From: Eledone cirrhosa
Taxonomy: Eukaryota
Assembly: GCA_964016885.1 (NCBI GenBank)
Contig: OZ024748.1
Location: 28,954,001 to 29,018,000, forward strand
Reading direction: 5' to 3'
DNA: 64,000 bases
In this document: positions 14,201 through 29,632 of the stretch, one piece after another
Numbering within the stretch: the first letter of the stretch is position 1
How the letters are laid out: the number at the start of each line of letters is the position of its first letter
Notes under the pieces: generated by a model
The model's input: only the letters and a program-made list of their open reading frames with translations
What the model was told of the DNA's origin: nothing
Databases searched by the model: none
Program-made: the position numbers and the translations under genes

Positions 14201-15360
14201 GATTGTGCGTTTTACACTTGGCTGCTGTTGTTGGATCCCTATCAGCAGCTTCCAGATCTTTTCTTTGATAACTTTTAAGGCAACGCTTACAGCATGGAAT
14301 TCCATTTGCTGAGTTAATATAATGTCTGACATTATTTATTTACTTTTACTATTTTAAGGCAAAGTTAAAATCCCACCGAGGTTAACTTTGCCTTTCATCC
14401 TTACGGGGTCGATAAAATAAAGTACCAGTAATACACTGGGTAATTGCTGGCCTTGTGCCAAAAGTAGAAACAATTATATATCTGAAAAATGAGAAAAAAA
14501 AGAATTAGTAATAAGTAAGTTAGAGCTCAAGAAAGAGGTGTCCAGAAGAAACTGACACACCCTGTAGAATGTACATAAATATAAATTGACTGATGATAGA
14601 TTGCTTCATAGATCCTTTTTCTGAATACTGTCAGGAAATATTGGGGTTTATTTGAATTCCAATATCTTTATTATATACACACAGAGAGAAGCATACTTAC
14701 ACACAGACACATTCACACATGTATGTGTATGGTGTGTGTGTGTGTATGTATATATATATCATCATCATCATAGTTTAACGTCTATCTTCCACACATGGGT
14801 TAGACGGGAATTGTCCCATTTGAGCTAAGATTGATCGGGTGACCATGTCTCGCTCGTTTAGGACTATCTGGCAGGTTTTCTACAGTTGGATGCCCTTCCT
14901 AACACCAACCACATTTACAGTGTGGACTGGGAACTTTTTACAGTGTTACCTACACGACCACATTTCAGCATTGACTGTTTTTTTTCCCTTCTTTCTTTCC
15001 TTCTTTTTATATATATATAACGGAAGATCCCGTTAAGGGTGAAAGCAGCGATTCTTTGCTTAAACTTTAATCTGATATTTTAATAAATATGTGCTCTACG
15101 GTTCTTATATATTTGATATATATTTATCCCTATCGAGCCCTCTTTGGATTTTAGTCTTCAAATTTATTATTATTATTACTATATATATATATATCTATCT
15201 ATCTCTAAGGCGGGTAAAATTCCCGAGATCCATGGACGAGTTCTCTCCAGCGGTCTCTGTCCCTCATTATCGCTGCCATGTCCTGCGTCTCCAACAGACC
15301 AGTGTCTGTCCTTAGGGCATCAACATACGTTAACCTTGGTCTTCCTCTTCTAGTGTGTCC

Positions 15361-15392
<32 letters not shown>

Positions 15393-18300
15393 TTGTATAT
15401 ATATATGTGTTTGTATATATGTATGTATATATATGTGTGTGTGTGTTTGTATATATGTATGTATGTATGTGTGTGTATATATGTGTGTGTGTTTGTATAG
15501 ATGTATGTATATATGTGTGTGTATGTTTGTATGTATATATATGTGTGTTTGTATATATGTATGCGCGCATGTGTACGTGTTTGTATATATGTATATATAT
15601 ATATATATGTGTGCGTATGTGTGTTTATATATAGAAAGAAGACAACACATGAAAAAATTCAGCTAACTTGCTGTATGTATATATATATGTATGTATGTCA
15701 TCATCATCATCATTGTTTAACATCTATCTTCCATACTAGCATGGGTTAGACAGGTTGGGTTGGCTGACCGTGTATCACTTGTATAGGACTGTTTCTGGCT
15801 GGTTTTCTATGTCTGGATACCCTTTCTAGCACCAACCACTTTACAGTGTGGGCTGGATGTTTTGTGGACAGAAATGGGAGGGCGGTGTGGATTAAGAGGT
15901 GCCTACTGAGTGTAAGTTTAAGTCCGTGCGCAAGGGGAGGTGGGTCTTCTGTATTACTGCATAGCACCAAAGGTCTCGCAAGTGTGCAAGGTCAGCTCAT
16001 CCCAGGTCTTTTTGGGTCTATCTACTCCGTAGCTTCCATCTATTTTGATCACCCTGCACTTTTTTATACAGCTGACCATACCAACGCAATCTCCTCTCTA
16101 GTATACTGCATCTGATCCCTCTTATGAATAATTTCTCACTTAGTTTGTATATGCTTTGCTGTTTGTATATATTACTATTACAGATCCATCAGAGCATGCA
16201 TGCTTTGATTCTTTCCAGTCTGTGCAGATCCTCTGCAAACAATGCCCAAGTCTCACTACCATGTAACATTGCTGTTCAATATACAAGCAAAGTTACATGG
16301 TAATCATACCATCTACCTTTCATTTTTAGAGTGAAACCTTTCGTGGCCAGCAGTGGTATTAGCTCTCTAAACCTTTTCCATCCTGTTCTTACTCTGGTTA
16401 CTGTACTTTCAGAACACCCTCCTCCACTGCTGATTTTGTCACCCAAATAACGGAAAGTGTCTACTATTTCTATAGAACAATCTGGGCAGTTGAAGGAGCT
16501 TGTATCCAGTGGACACTTGCTACTTATTGCACCTAAGCATCAGCCACATATAAAACCTACATTCTTTGATAGCTTGCCTGTGATCCCACAACATCTTTTA
16601 TATACCCATAGCTTGGATTTGGGACATAGAATGGAATTTCTACCTACTCCTTTCCTACACACTGAGCAAGGCCATTTCCCAGAAGGAATCTGTCCCCTGT
16701 TTTCCTTTCTACTCACTAGAACTTTAGTCTTAGACAAGTTAACTAATTCTAGGCCATGCTTCCAAGTTTGGAATTTCTTCTCTAGTTCTGTCAGATTCAG
16801 CTATGAGAGTAGATCATCTGCATACAGAAGTTCCCATGAGCAGCTGGTCTTAAACTCTTCTGTTATAGCCTGTAGGGCAATAATAAAGAGGAGGGAGCTA
16901 AGGACAGAGTCTTCATGAACACCAACTTTTACACTAAATTCTTCACTATATTCATTGTTAATTCTAACCTTGTTGACTGTTCTTGTATATGTGGCTTGTA
17001 TAGCTTTCACAAGCCACTCATCTACTCCTAGATTTCTAAGAGCCCACCAGATAATGGAGTGGGGGGACTCTGTCAAAGGCTTTCTCCAAGTCAACAAAAG
17101 CTAAGTAGAGGGGTTTAGCTAGGTACTTCTCCTGTACTTCTCCTGTAATTGCCTTACAAGGAAGAGAGTATCCATGGTACTTTTACCTGGCACAAACCCA
17201 AATTGCATTTCATCTAGATCAATTCGGTCCCTAATCAGCTGTGCGATAACTCTTTCTGCCTTGCCTGTCTTCATATATTTGATTGCCTTACTTACTATAC
17301 TCCCACTAACTTGCGCAGCTGGTCCCTCTGTTGGATCAACTTGGGACAAACTAGCTTTATCCCATCCATTCTCCTCATTTAGTTGTCTCTCGTAGTGGCA
17401 CTTCCATGCTACCTTCTTATCAATATCAGTGAGGGCAAGTACACCATTACGGTCACACTTCTCCCCAACAATATCACAATTTTCCTTGACACATTGCCTT
17501 GCAATCCTGAACACTTCATGTTTTTGGTCCTTGCGTTGTAGAAGATGCTTGAACTTTCTATCCTCTGCTTCCCTTCTTGTAAAGTACACTTGTCTCCTAG
17601 CTTCTCTCCTGGCCACCTGATGTGTTCTCTACTTCCCCCATCCCGCCATTCTTTCCAAGCCAGCCTTGTGGCCTTAATTGTCTCCTCCATCCTATTGTTC
17701 CACCACCAAGTCACTCTCCTCCTCGTTAAAGGTCTGCTCCAGCCAAAGATTTCAGGAGGTTATCTTTCAGGAATTTCCACTGCTCCTCTATATTGTATGT
17801 CTCTAATTGCTCTTCCTTACTGTCAAAAGCATCAAGTAATATGCTCTTAAATTTGTTTGAGGGCTGTGGGGTCCTTCAACTTCCACATTCTTCTCCTCAA
17901 GGTTGTCCTCTGTCGTCGAGTATGTCTAGTCCTGACTATGAGGTCACTATCTATTAGGCTATGTTGGGAGGTGCATTCTTCATCAGGGAGGGACTTAGTG
18001 TTTACAACAGACACTCTGTCTCGTCTTCTTGTAAGGATAAGATCTATCTGGCTGGTTTGCTTCCCTGATCTATAGGTGATCAAGTGATTGTCTCGTTTTT
18101 TAAGTTTGTGTTACAGATAGTTAGATTATTAGCGTCACAGAATTCCAGAGTTCTGAAGCCTTCCTCATTTCTATTACCAAACTCATAGCCTCCATGGATC
18201 CCGTCATAGCCATCACAATGTTGTTCAACATGACCATTAAGGTCGCCAGCAATAATTATGTAGTCACTGTTGGTTATTGGGGAAGTAGTGAGCATTAGCA

Positions 18301-21300
18301 AATCATAAAACCTGTCTTTTATAACATCTGGTAGACCAGATTAGGGTGCATAAGCATATATAATTGACACAGTTGTTCTATTTAAAACTAGTCTAATTTT
18401 AATTATTCCGTCGTTCATTCTATTTACAACAATTCCCTTATCTACCCATTTTTCTGCTAACATAATTCTTACTCCACCCAGCCCATTGTCATTTCCCATC
18501 CAGAAAAGTTTATAGCATCGTTTTTTGCCCACAATGAATTTAGCTGACCCACCCCACCACCTAGTCTCTTGAACACAACAAACATCAACTTCCTTGCATT
18601 CAAGCATCTCTACAACCTCATTTGATCGACTTTTCAATGTGCCTACATTCATAGTACCAACTTTGAAGTTTTGGAGTTCGCTGGGAGGGAGGAAGGAATG
18701 AGATGGGGCTAGCGGAGAGGAGTGGGGGACGGACTTATGCTGGTCTTGGTCTTCCATGTCTGAAATAAAGAAGGGTGTTTGCTTGCTCGTCCGTAGACGG
18801 GAGGTGAATTCATCTTTGTCATTGTGAGTGCTCCGACTCTCCATCTCTGTAGTCCATTCATTATACAGTACAACAACCAGGTCTAAAGTTATGTAGTAGT
18901 AGCCGAAGTGGTGGCTTTGCGATAGAGATTTGTGTTAGTGAAACCTTACTATGAACCAGTGAGTTTGGATTCGACCAAATAACTATGATGGTGTGTGTGT
19001 GGGGGGGGGGGGGATGAGTGACTTTAGGAGATGGAAGCATGATGTTTTCAATCGTGGGAAATAATAAATAATAACAATATGAACAAAACGAAATCAGTCT
19101 AAACGACAAATATGACCAAACAAACTAGACAGAGAAAGAGAGAGAGATTATAAAGAAATTACATTAATGATAAACCTCAAGTCGACAGAAGGGTCAGAGG
19201 AATTTAGAAAGATCTAAGCAAGTGAAATTTTATATATATATATATATACTTAAGGTGAACATTGATGCAATTCAATTCAAGCACTCAACGTACTTTTTCC
19301 ACATAGGAGTGACGGAGTAAATATCGAATAAGGAAAAGCGAAGTAGTTTCAGATGTTAAAGTCCTTTACTGATAATCCTGTGATACATATTTCAATGACG
19401 ACAGTGGCCACACGCTTCAGTGTACCCAAGGGAGCAGGCGAAGGACTCAAGAACACCCGCTTTGTCCGTTCCCTTGTCGATTCAATTTGGATTGCCTCGG
19501 GAACATAACCTTATTATGTAAGAAGCAGTCTGATGATGTCACGGCACTGGGTACACCGAAGTGTGTGGCCACTGTCGTCATTGAAATATGTATCACAGCA
19601 TTATCATTAAAGGACTGTTAACATCTGAAACTACTTTGCATTTTCTTATTCTATATATATATATATATATATATATTTGCAGTCACATAGTGAATGAGGG
19701 AGGGGGAGATACAGAGATGAGAGAGAGGAGAAATAGAAGTATATTTTCAATTGTGGGAAATAATAAATGTTAATAATAATATGAACAAAAAACAAAAAAA
19801 TATGTATGTGTGTATATATATATATATGTGTGTGTATATGGGTGAAGACAGGAAAACGAGCAAAACACAGACAGTCCCATCTTATCAGTCAATCACTAGA
19901 GATACTTTGTTTCAGTGTTTTAAGATCAATACAACTGGCTCTAGAGCTCAAGGAACAGTAAGAAATAAACAAAAGACAAGATGATAGTCATTTGACAATT
20001 TACAACTAAGAAATTATGCTACAAATCAATGTGTTGCAACTGAAAATAAGATTGTGTGCATGTATATATATATGTGTGTGTGTATGCATACATATATTTG
20101 TGTGTTTTGCATGCATTTGTCTAGATGTCATTTATGTCTCGGGAAGAAGACATTGAAATTGCAGTTATTCTATAAGATTTTGATTCTTCAGATACTTGGG
20201 ATAGACCTGAATAGCAACAAGAAATATCTCAGAAAACTTATGTTCATTCTAGACTTACAATATTTGCTTGGATATAAAAATTCTCTCCTCGACTTGTTAG
20301 CTCAATATTCTTCAAGGAAATATAGCTTTATTTCAACTTTATAATGTTATCTTATCAAACTTTAACCCTTTAGCATTTAAACCGGCTGTACCTGGCCAGA
20401 ATTCTCTTACCTCTTTCTGTTCAAACCGGCTGTAACTGGCCGCTGATATTGATGTTTAGGTATTCTCAAAATAAATAATATCAAAATATCATATATTCGA
20501 TATTATGTGAGGTAAAGCTGTTACCATGAAAATATAATAGTATATATAGAGTAATTAGCCCAGTGAAACAAAGAAGCTGTATGATAAAAAAAGAGCCACA
20601 ATTGAAAAAGTTTGAAAAGCAACTGCTGTATGTGTCTTTAATCTGTTGCTGCCATGCTTAAGTAACATTCATGAGCTGAGCTAGATTTGCCACTGATATA
20701 TATATATAAGGTCTTGTAGATAAATTGAAACCAATTTTAAGCAGTTGACTTAGTGGGTTTAACATTTCATTTATTTGACAAAACCTTGCTTGCTTGAAAA
20801 TCTAATCCTCCTCTTTATTTTTCAGGTAAATAGTGAACTGATTAGACAACAGAAAGTCATGGAACAACAGAATCGTTCCACCATTGTTGTTTGGGCATGC
20901 GCCAGGCGCACTGCCAATAATATTGTTAAGTTGACGAAACTTCCAAAAGCAACAGTTTATCGTGTCTATAAACAATTGAAAGAAGAGGGAAAGATTGATA
21001 GGAAAGAACACAAGACTCAAAGTGATTCCGAGTGCAATCCAATGTTTCTCGCTGACCTCAAACACTCAATTGAAACCAACCTATCCACATCCATGACAAC
21101 TCTTGCAAAGAAACGCAATATGTCCCTTTCCACGGTGTCCAGAGCTGTGAACAGTAACCTTGGCATGACTAGCTATGTTCGATGATACCGTCACCTCCTA
21201 ACAGCCAAGACCAAAGCAATTGGAGCCAAGAGATGTTCAAAGCTTCTGTCATTCATCAAACATCAAGGTGCAGTAAAAACACTCATGTTTGTGGATGAGA

Positions 21301-21987
21301 AGAAGTTTACTGTGGATGCTGAGGTGAATCGCAGAAATTCTCGAGTGATTGCATAAGCCCTTCTGACGTCCCCCTTGTGTTTGAGACTAAGAAACCTGCC
21401 TCTGTGATGGTATCTGGAGCCGTGGCGAGTGATGGAAGTGTCATGGATCCACAATACATTGAGTCTGGCTTGAAGATCGGCATAAAGGAGTATCAGGATA
21501 TCCTGAAGAACTTTCTATTACCTTGGATGGAGCAAAGGTTTGAGCTTGACAATGTGGTGCATTATCCAGGATTCTGCACCATGCCATGGGTGAACAGCAA
21601 CACAGGCCTTCCTTGGTGAGAGATGCCATTTTTCGTGAGGGCCAACATCTAGCCTAGTAATAGCCCAGATCTCAACCTTCTCGATTATTTTTACCACACA
21701 CGATACAGGTCTTCAAACTGTTGACACTTGAGTGTCAACAGTTTGAAGACCTGCATCATGTGTGCGACATGCAAAATGAAAAAAAAGCGGAGGTTGCGAC
21801 AGCTGCAAAAAAATCTCATTCTCATGTGGAGGCAGTAATTGCCCAAAAGGGCGGCCATATTGAATGATAAATGTTTTTGTTGTAGTAAATGTTACATTAA
21901 AATTATATCTGTTTGCTACCATTATTTTAGTATTTATAACCAGTTTATGCATTGTAAAAATTGTCTCAATTTCTCTGCAAGACCCTG

Positions 21988-22050
<63 letters not shown>

Positions 22051-25000
22051 TGTGTTTGTGTGTTCATGCATTTGCCTAGATTCGAAATAGCTGAAGTTAG
22101 AAGTCATTGAAACCCCCACTCATTCTTCCAGTATTTTCTCATCTCTTATGGATCCATGGAAAATAATGTAATTTATGTAAACGAAATACAACACCTGAAA
22201 AATTTCTGGATAATTGATGACTTGATCATGAGTTTCAAACTTTACTACAAACCATTTTATTGTCTCTCTCACTAAATTACTTACCATTGCATTAGCAGTG
22301 TAAACATGTCTGAATTTACTGAAGCCATCCCATGGTTAACAGTATACTACATACATAAATATATATGTATGTGTGTGTCAGTGAGACATTTGTGGTATTT
22401 TTCTCAAGAGTCTATCCAGTTCTATATTTTCTGAGAGCCTGTAGCTTAGTTTTAGTGTTTTGTACAACTACTTCAGTTCTATTTTGAATGTGTTGAAGAC
22501 AATATCACTGAGGATATATGGAGTGAAAATTTGACACAAAAGTTTCTATTTGAAATGTAATTATTATCCATATTTCAACTGTAGAGCCTATAGTCTATTA
22601 ATCCTATAGGATTGCTAGACTAAAAGCTTTAATAGTAACATTTTATTTATTGCATTCTTTCTTTTCTATTTAAACTTTCTGCAGAACACAGTCTGTTGTG
22701 GAGTGAGGTTTAACAAGTTTTCATTTTATATCAACTATTTCATTCTAAATTAACTTTCTATAGCACCGCCAGTACTGTCATCTTCATTAGTGGAAATTAA
22801 CAGAAAAGAAGAAAACAGTGGATTATCCTCATCAGCCAGTAGGAAAACAACAACTCCGCAACAAAACTGTAATGAACCTAAAGGAGACGATGTGACTAAT
22901 AGAGTTCTCTCAGATAGTTTACCTCCAACACCCACCAGTGTACCTTGTATAGCTCCATTTACATTAAAAGACACAATCAGTATGGACACTTCCACCACTC
23001 AACAGAGTGAAGAAAATGAATCACTTATAGTTCATGTTGATGACACTCAGAATGATTTAGATGCTGACCTTGTGGCATCCAAAACAAATAATGGTAAAAT
23101 AGAGAAGACACCTAAGGACAAAGTGAGTGGCAAAAGTGAAGTGAAGAAAACAGATGGAAGCACAGTTGAGGAAAAGGCTAAAGGTAAAATTGAAGGAGGG
23201 CAAACTGAGAAGAAGACTGATGAAAAGAAAGATGATAAAGATGTAAAGTCGAAGAGGTTGGTTTTCAAGTCATCTTTCCCACTGCTTTGATTCAAAGATG
23301 TCATTAGTTAAATGATCTTACTTCTCGGTAACAGATGTCAACATCTTGGCTAAAACTGGGCTTTACAACATCCAAAGGGAACAGTTTTTCTGGAATTTTA
23401 AGTTAACCTATCTAAGTAGGTTTTCTTCAGAGAGCATCCTTTCGTGGTTAATCATGAGTTATTTAAAAAAGAAGATATGTGGTGGTGCCCCAGCATGGGC
23501 TCAGCTCCTCGGCTGGAGCACGTAATAAAGTAATAAAGTAGTGTGGGTATCTGGTTTGATTGTAGATTTAACACCAAACTACTACTAATAATAATAATAA
23601 TGTTAGGACGTCTCTCTAGTCTTCATAAGGCATGATAATATATTGTAATAGTTGTATTGTAGGATTACTATTAAATAAGACATGGCCTGGGCTATAATTG
23701 ACTGAAACATATCTGAGATATCTTTTCATCAGTTTCTCATATTTGAGACTACAATGGAAGTGTTGAGAGGCCAGGATTTCTCTTGGCTTATGTGCTACAG
23801 TCTCTAACAAATTGATAAAGCTTGTGTATTTGTTGAGTAAACACATATGATGATACCATTGAAGATGTTTGGTAGATAATGATGCGTGTTTATAGAAGTA
23901 AATATTCATACTTTAGATGATTAATATGAACTATAGTTCATGAAATGAAAAGGGGCCAGCAAATGGTTTGGGAGTTGGCTGGGGATAAGGAATCTTAGTT
24001 GGAGTGTGATTGCATGAGATGCTCAAACTCACATATTAGGAGATTTATCAAATTACTGAAGTATTATCCACTGGAACTAATAACCAATATCATGAAGCAA
24101 AACTAACTGTTTGGATGAAGATGACAATAATGAAGAGGAGGAAGCCTGAGTTCTCAAGAATAAAATAAAAAAAAACATTGATGAATTTGTGGATGTCAGA
24201 TAATTAATAATTTCTCTGACAAGATAGAAATTGGATGATGTTTGAAAAGATTGAAGACTGAGTTTATGGTTCCTGTATTCCAGCCATATTTCTGCTAAAT
24301 TAGCAGTTAGTGTTTAGGGAATTGCACATTATATGCTGACCTCTTTTTAATTTCCTGAACACTATAGTTCATGTATTTCTGTATATTTTTGATAACTGTT
24401 AGTTCTTTATTGCTGGTGTATAATGTCAGTTGTTAACTAATTGGTAATCCATTCATTGTCTCAACCAATAATTCCATTTCAAATTAGTGCTTTTGTATTC
24501 ATTTATATCTAAAATAGATAAATTGCTAGTACAAAAGCATATTTTAATAAGAGGTAAGCTTCTTTCATCATTACATTTTCCCACTCACATGTAATATTAA
24601 TTTGATATTTGTTATAGAAATATATTTAACTATGTATAACATTTGTTATGCTTTGCTAAATATTAAAGTTACATTGTCACATCATTCTTATATAATAAGT
24701 ATGTCTTTGAGTATATATGTATATGCATGTATGTGTGTGTGTATTTTGTTTATTTCAATATATATCTGTATCTGTATATTTAGATTGAGAACCCTAATAT
24801 AAAGTGGTATTGTGTGGGTTTGCAAGTTCAATTACAATTCATATAAATGATGAAATTATGTTCCAAAATTCTCCCTTTACATTTACTTTTGATGATGTTG
24901 ATGATATTTCTAAACCATTGTTTTGTTGTTACAGTTCTTCAGTTTCTAAACCAAAAGTTGTCAAAAATATCAAAAGTAAGTTTTTTTTTCACATTTTCTC

Positions 25001-28000
25001 TGATTTTTGCTTCTTTTCTAAACTTATTTTAACATTTTGATATATTTGAGACATGGTTATTGATATATTTCTGTATTTAATAGGCAACAATGAAAACAGT
25101 CCGAATTTGTGGGTCAGTGGTCTTGCTTCAACAACCCGTGCTACAGAGCTTAAATTGCTTTTTACCAAATATGGCAAGGTATGTTGGAGAACCCTTCAGT
25201 CATGACAACCGCTCTTGTGTTGATGAGCTATATAGTAAATACACCCAGTACATGCTGTAAAGTCATTGGTGATGTGCACTCAGTGAAATGTGAGATCATA
25301 CATAAGCGTGATACTGGCCTGTCTGGGAGATCAGTGGCTCTGCTTCAGTACTGACTTGATATGTGTGGACCCTTCCAACCCTTGCTAGCATGGAAAGCGA
25401 ATGTTAAAATGATGATGATGAATTATTAGTCATATTCCCAACACAAACAGCTGTCTAGTGTGTGTGTGTAGTTATTTATTCCACACATGGTTAACATCTC
25501 CTTCTGAGGAGTTTTACTTAATTTTTTTTAATATATTTTTCATATCACACATTTTGTGAACAATGTTGTTCTTGGTGGTAGGCTTCCAAAGAGCCAATTA
25601 TTGGTTCACTGAATTCCGAATGGCAAGGGTTGAGTATCAGTGAAGAAGTTTTATCATCGACATACATCAGCAAAAGATATACAGATATACCTGTATGAAG
25701 GGCTTCTACTCAGTTTCTGTCTGCCAAATTTCATTCACATGGTATTGATCAATACAAGGCCCATATTAAAGGACATTAGTTCAAAGTGCCAGGCATTCAT
25801 TCACATGGCATTGATGAACACAAGCCTCATAGTAGATAGAAGACACTTGCCCAAGATGCCATACAGCTGATTCAAACATGGAACCCCTCAGTTAAAAAGG
25901 AAACTTACCCATACAGTCATACCAGTACCTGTGTTTAAAATATATATAGTGTTTTAACCTACAATATTCTTTTAATGTGTTGTTATTTTAATTCAAAATA
26001 TATTTTTAATTTGTTAAAGTAAAAAAAAAAATAAAACCATTAGTGTTGTTGGTGTTGATGATGATGTTGACTGTTTGACTGTATGCATACCAAAGTAATA
26101 TTTCATTTATAAAATTTAGTTTCTATTTTTTTCTCCATCAGGTTATTTGTGCCAAAGTAGTGACAAATACCCGAAATCCCGGTGCCCAACGTTATGGTTT
26201 TGTAACTATGTCTAGTGCACATGAAGCTTCTAAATGTATTCAACATTTGAATAAAACTGATTTCCATGGTCATATGATATCAATTGAAAAGGTGAGTTAT
26301 TTTTATGTTTATTGTTTTGTCTACAAAGTTATCTTCATCATCATTTAATGTTCATTTTCTTTGCTAGCAAGGGTTACTGAATTTAATGTGTGTGGTTAGC
26401 TATAGTGATAAATATGTGATTTTGATAGATATTGATTTTGATATATGCAGTTAGATATAAATGGTCAGCTGTAGAGACAGATACATAGTCAAATATTAAA
26501 TTTGATATATGTGGTTAACTTTGAACAATCATTACTCCACACTTATCTCTCTAAATATCCATTTTGTTTTAGTCATAATGTGCATTTTCTTATACATCCA
26601 TTCTTACTTATTTGTGGATCGGACAGATTCATGTGAGATATGAAAGAGATATAGATAACTCAGTAATAAACTATTGGTGTAGGGATGATGTGTGGCAAAT
26701 AATTTTAAAATTGAAAAATATTTTTGTTTTATTTTTCAGACTAAAAGGGAACCTGGAGCTCAGATTATTAAAATGCCAGAAAAGAAAGTAGAAAAATCTG
26801 AAGTGAAAAAAGATGGTAAGATTTCATCCTGATATTGATATTTCTTCTGTTAATAAGAATCTACTGATATAATTATAATGTAGATAATTTATAAGTAGTT
26901 TTTATTGACATTAGATGAGCTTGGTGATAAGTGTTACTAACCAATAATTTGTTTAGTCTTTTTCATAATATAATCAGTGACTTGGTCTTTTATTTTCAAA
27001 GTTATTTGGAAATCACAGGTTTTCACTTTCATTAGAAATATGGTTTTTATTGTACTGCATAAATATTACTCATTATATTCAAATAAGTATGAATACCAAA
27101 CTATTTTGTTGTCATATGTATTTCTGTATCATCTGTGGATCTATGAACTGATAATGTTTCATCATCATCATCACTGTTTAACATCTGTATTTCCAAGCTT
27201 GCATGGATTAGATGAGTCGTCCATGTTATGAAACAAGTCTTGCTAGTTGGCCATGCAGTACCTTGTTCAAATGGAACTGTATTTTGGCTGGGTTTTTTAC
27301 AGCTGGATGTCGTCGGTTGTCTTATGGTCTTTGCGGAGCCCATACAAGGGTGGTATGTCATTGTCAGACGCTTGGAAGTTGTTGGCAGTGCATCTGCCTG
27401 GCTTTAGGATGTCAGTTCACATCATCATGTGAGCGTTGAGGATCTTCTCTCTCTTCTCATGTTTGTTATGTTGTTTTGCTTGTGTTGATGTGGGGTTGCA
27501 TAGCCTTGATATAGTTCAGCATGCTGTCTATTGAGATTCTACCAGATTTATCTGTAGGTAGGCACACTACCTCACCATCCCTTGTGCGCTGCTTGAGGCT
27601 AAGTAGGCCTTCTACAGGTTTCCTTCCAAGTTGTTTGATATCTGGTCTGCTTTGTCTCTTAGTATATTGGTCTACTACCTGTCTAAGTTTATTTCTAGCT
27701 ATGGTAAACTGTGCCTCTGTTTCGTCATCTATTTGTTGTGGAATACAAACCCTTTTATTAAAAGGTAATTTAGTGGGATAAATTTTGTTCATTTTGTATG
27801 TCTTGTCAGCTGGGTTGAAGAATAAGTTCTCTAAGGGGTTGTCATTAAATCTATCGTTCTTGTGTGTGCTACTATTATTGTCATTATGGTTGTTGTTCCT
27901 ACCGTTGACATTATTATTATTATGATTGTTAAACGTATTGTTGTTGTTACTGTTATTTCTTTCATTGTGGTTGTTACCTGTATTATGTTTGTTGTTTTTG

Positions 28001-29574
28001 TTGTTGTCCTGTCTATCGCTAATGTTGCTGTTCCTGCTATTTCCATTATTATTATGGTTGTTGCTGTCCTGTTATTTCCATTATTATTATTGTTGTTGTC
28101 CTGTCTATCGTTAACATTGCTGTTCCTGTTATTTCTATTATTATTATTATTTTCATCTCTCCTGCTATTGTTATTGTTACGACTATTATTATTATAGCTG
28201 TTATAAAGGCGGTGAATTGGCAGTATCGGTAGAGGGTCGGACGCCATGCTTTCAAGCAGAGTTACGTCCCTTTACGATCTGAGTTCAAATCCCGCCGAGG
28301 TTAACTTTGCCTTTCATCCTTACGAGGTCGATAAAATAAAGTACCAGTAATGCACTCAGTAATTGCTGGCCTTGTGCCAAAAGCAGAAAAAATCATTATA
28401 GCTGTTATTTCTATAGTCAAAGTTATTGTTTACATTATTACTTTCGTTATTCTTGTTGAAAGATGGGTGAGAGGCAAGAATGGCCCGAGTGAATGGGCCT
28501 ACTCTGTATATGTGCCTGTAAATTGAAGGTGGAAAACTGGGAGAGGGCACTTGCCCTGGTGGTCAGAGTCACCGTGGCTTTTTTAATGGACTTTCTCCAC
28601 GATGACCCTCGGAAGTCTCCCCCCTATTGGGGAATTTTTCATGTTTCTTTTTTTTCTTACATCCTCTATTTTTGTTTTTTTACACGCAGAAATGCCCATT
28701 TGTCCCGTATTGTCCTTAATGTCTTACTTTGTGTAAACCCTTGTGGTTAATAAAGAAAGCATTATTACTTTCGTTATTATAGTTATTTATTTTCGCATTC
28801 CAAAGTATTTTCGTGAAACACTTTTCTACCTCTGACATGCATTTGATTGAATTTATCTTCTTGTATATTGCATATTTTGGTGGGAGTTGTAGAATCTGTT
28901 GTTCTTGTTCACTGGTTAAAGTGTTACCATAGATATTTAGCGTCTGGACTTTGGTAAATTCTGTAGGTAATATGACATCTGTTATACAGATATTGTCGAT
29001 TTTGTCAGGGTATTTTTCTAAGCTTTCTCTTCTCTTTTCTTGTTTTTTCTCCTTCATCCATCATAATTCCTTATTGAAATGTTTATTGCATTCGTTTTGA
29101 GCATATTTTGTTTCATGTCGAATGATGTTCATGAGTTTATTTATCTCGTTTGGTGTGGTGAGATTTTGAATTTCCTTAATATTAACTCGTTTCTGTTTGT
29201 AAAGTTTGTTAATTTTCTTATATGTTATTCTTTTCATATTGACTGTTAAGATGCGTTTTAGGCGTTCTGCTTGTGTTTTGTTTAGTAAAAAATTATTTAC
29301 TTGTTTTAATATGTTTGCCGTGTATATTTTGAAGGAAACAGTGCTTTAAGAAGTGAATTTGTTCTGTTGTTATTTTAGTTTTTATATAACAGTAAACAGT
29401 GTTTTTCAGTAACCTTTCAGCTTGGCATAAGCTAAAGCCGTGACGGCGATGAATTTGTTTTGGAAGGTTTTTTTTATATGGAATCGTATGTCGAAACAAA
29501 TATTGTTATACTTGTGGAGGGTCATATTGTTATAATTATATTGCCAGAAATAATAACAGAACACACTCTCTGTT

Positions 29575-29632
<58 letters not shown>

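Noticed and set aside
20826-21185. Apparent exon after ttttcag within ORF 20775..21185
   Set aside because: It is the HTH region of the DD37D transposase and is not needed for host-gene phase continuity.
27831-28255. Asn-rich and hydrophobic ORFs on both strands
   Set aside because: They come from (AAT/AAC)n low-complexity sequence inside a decayed PLE next to a SINE.
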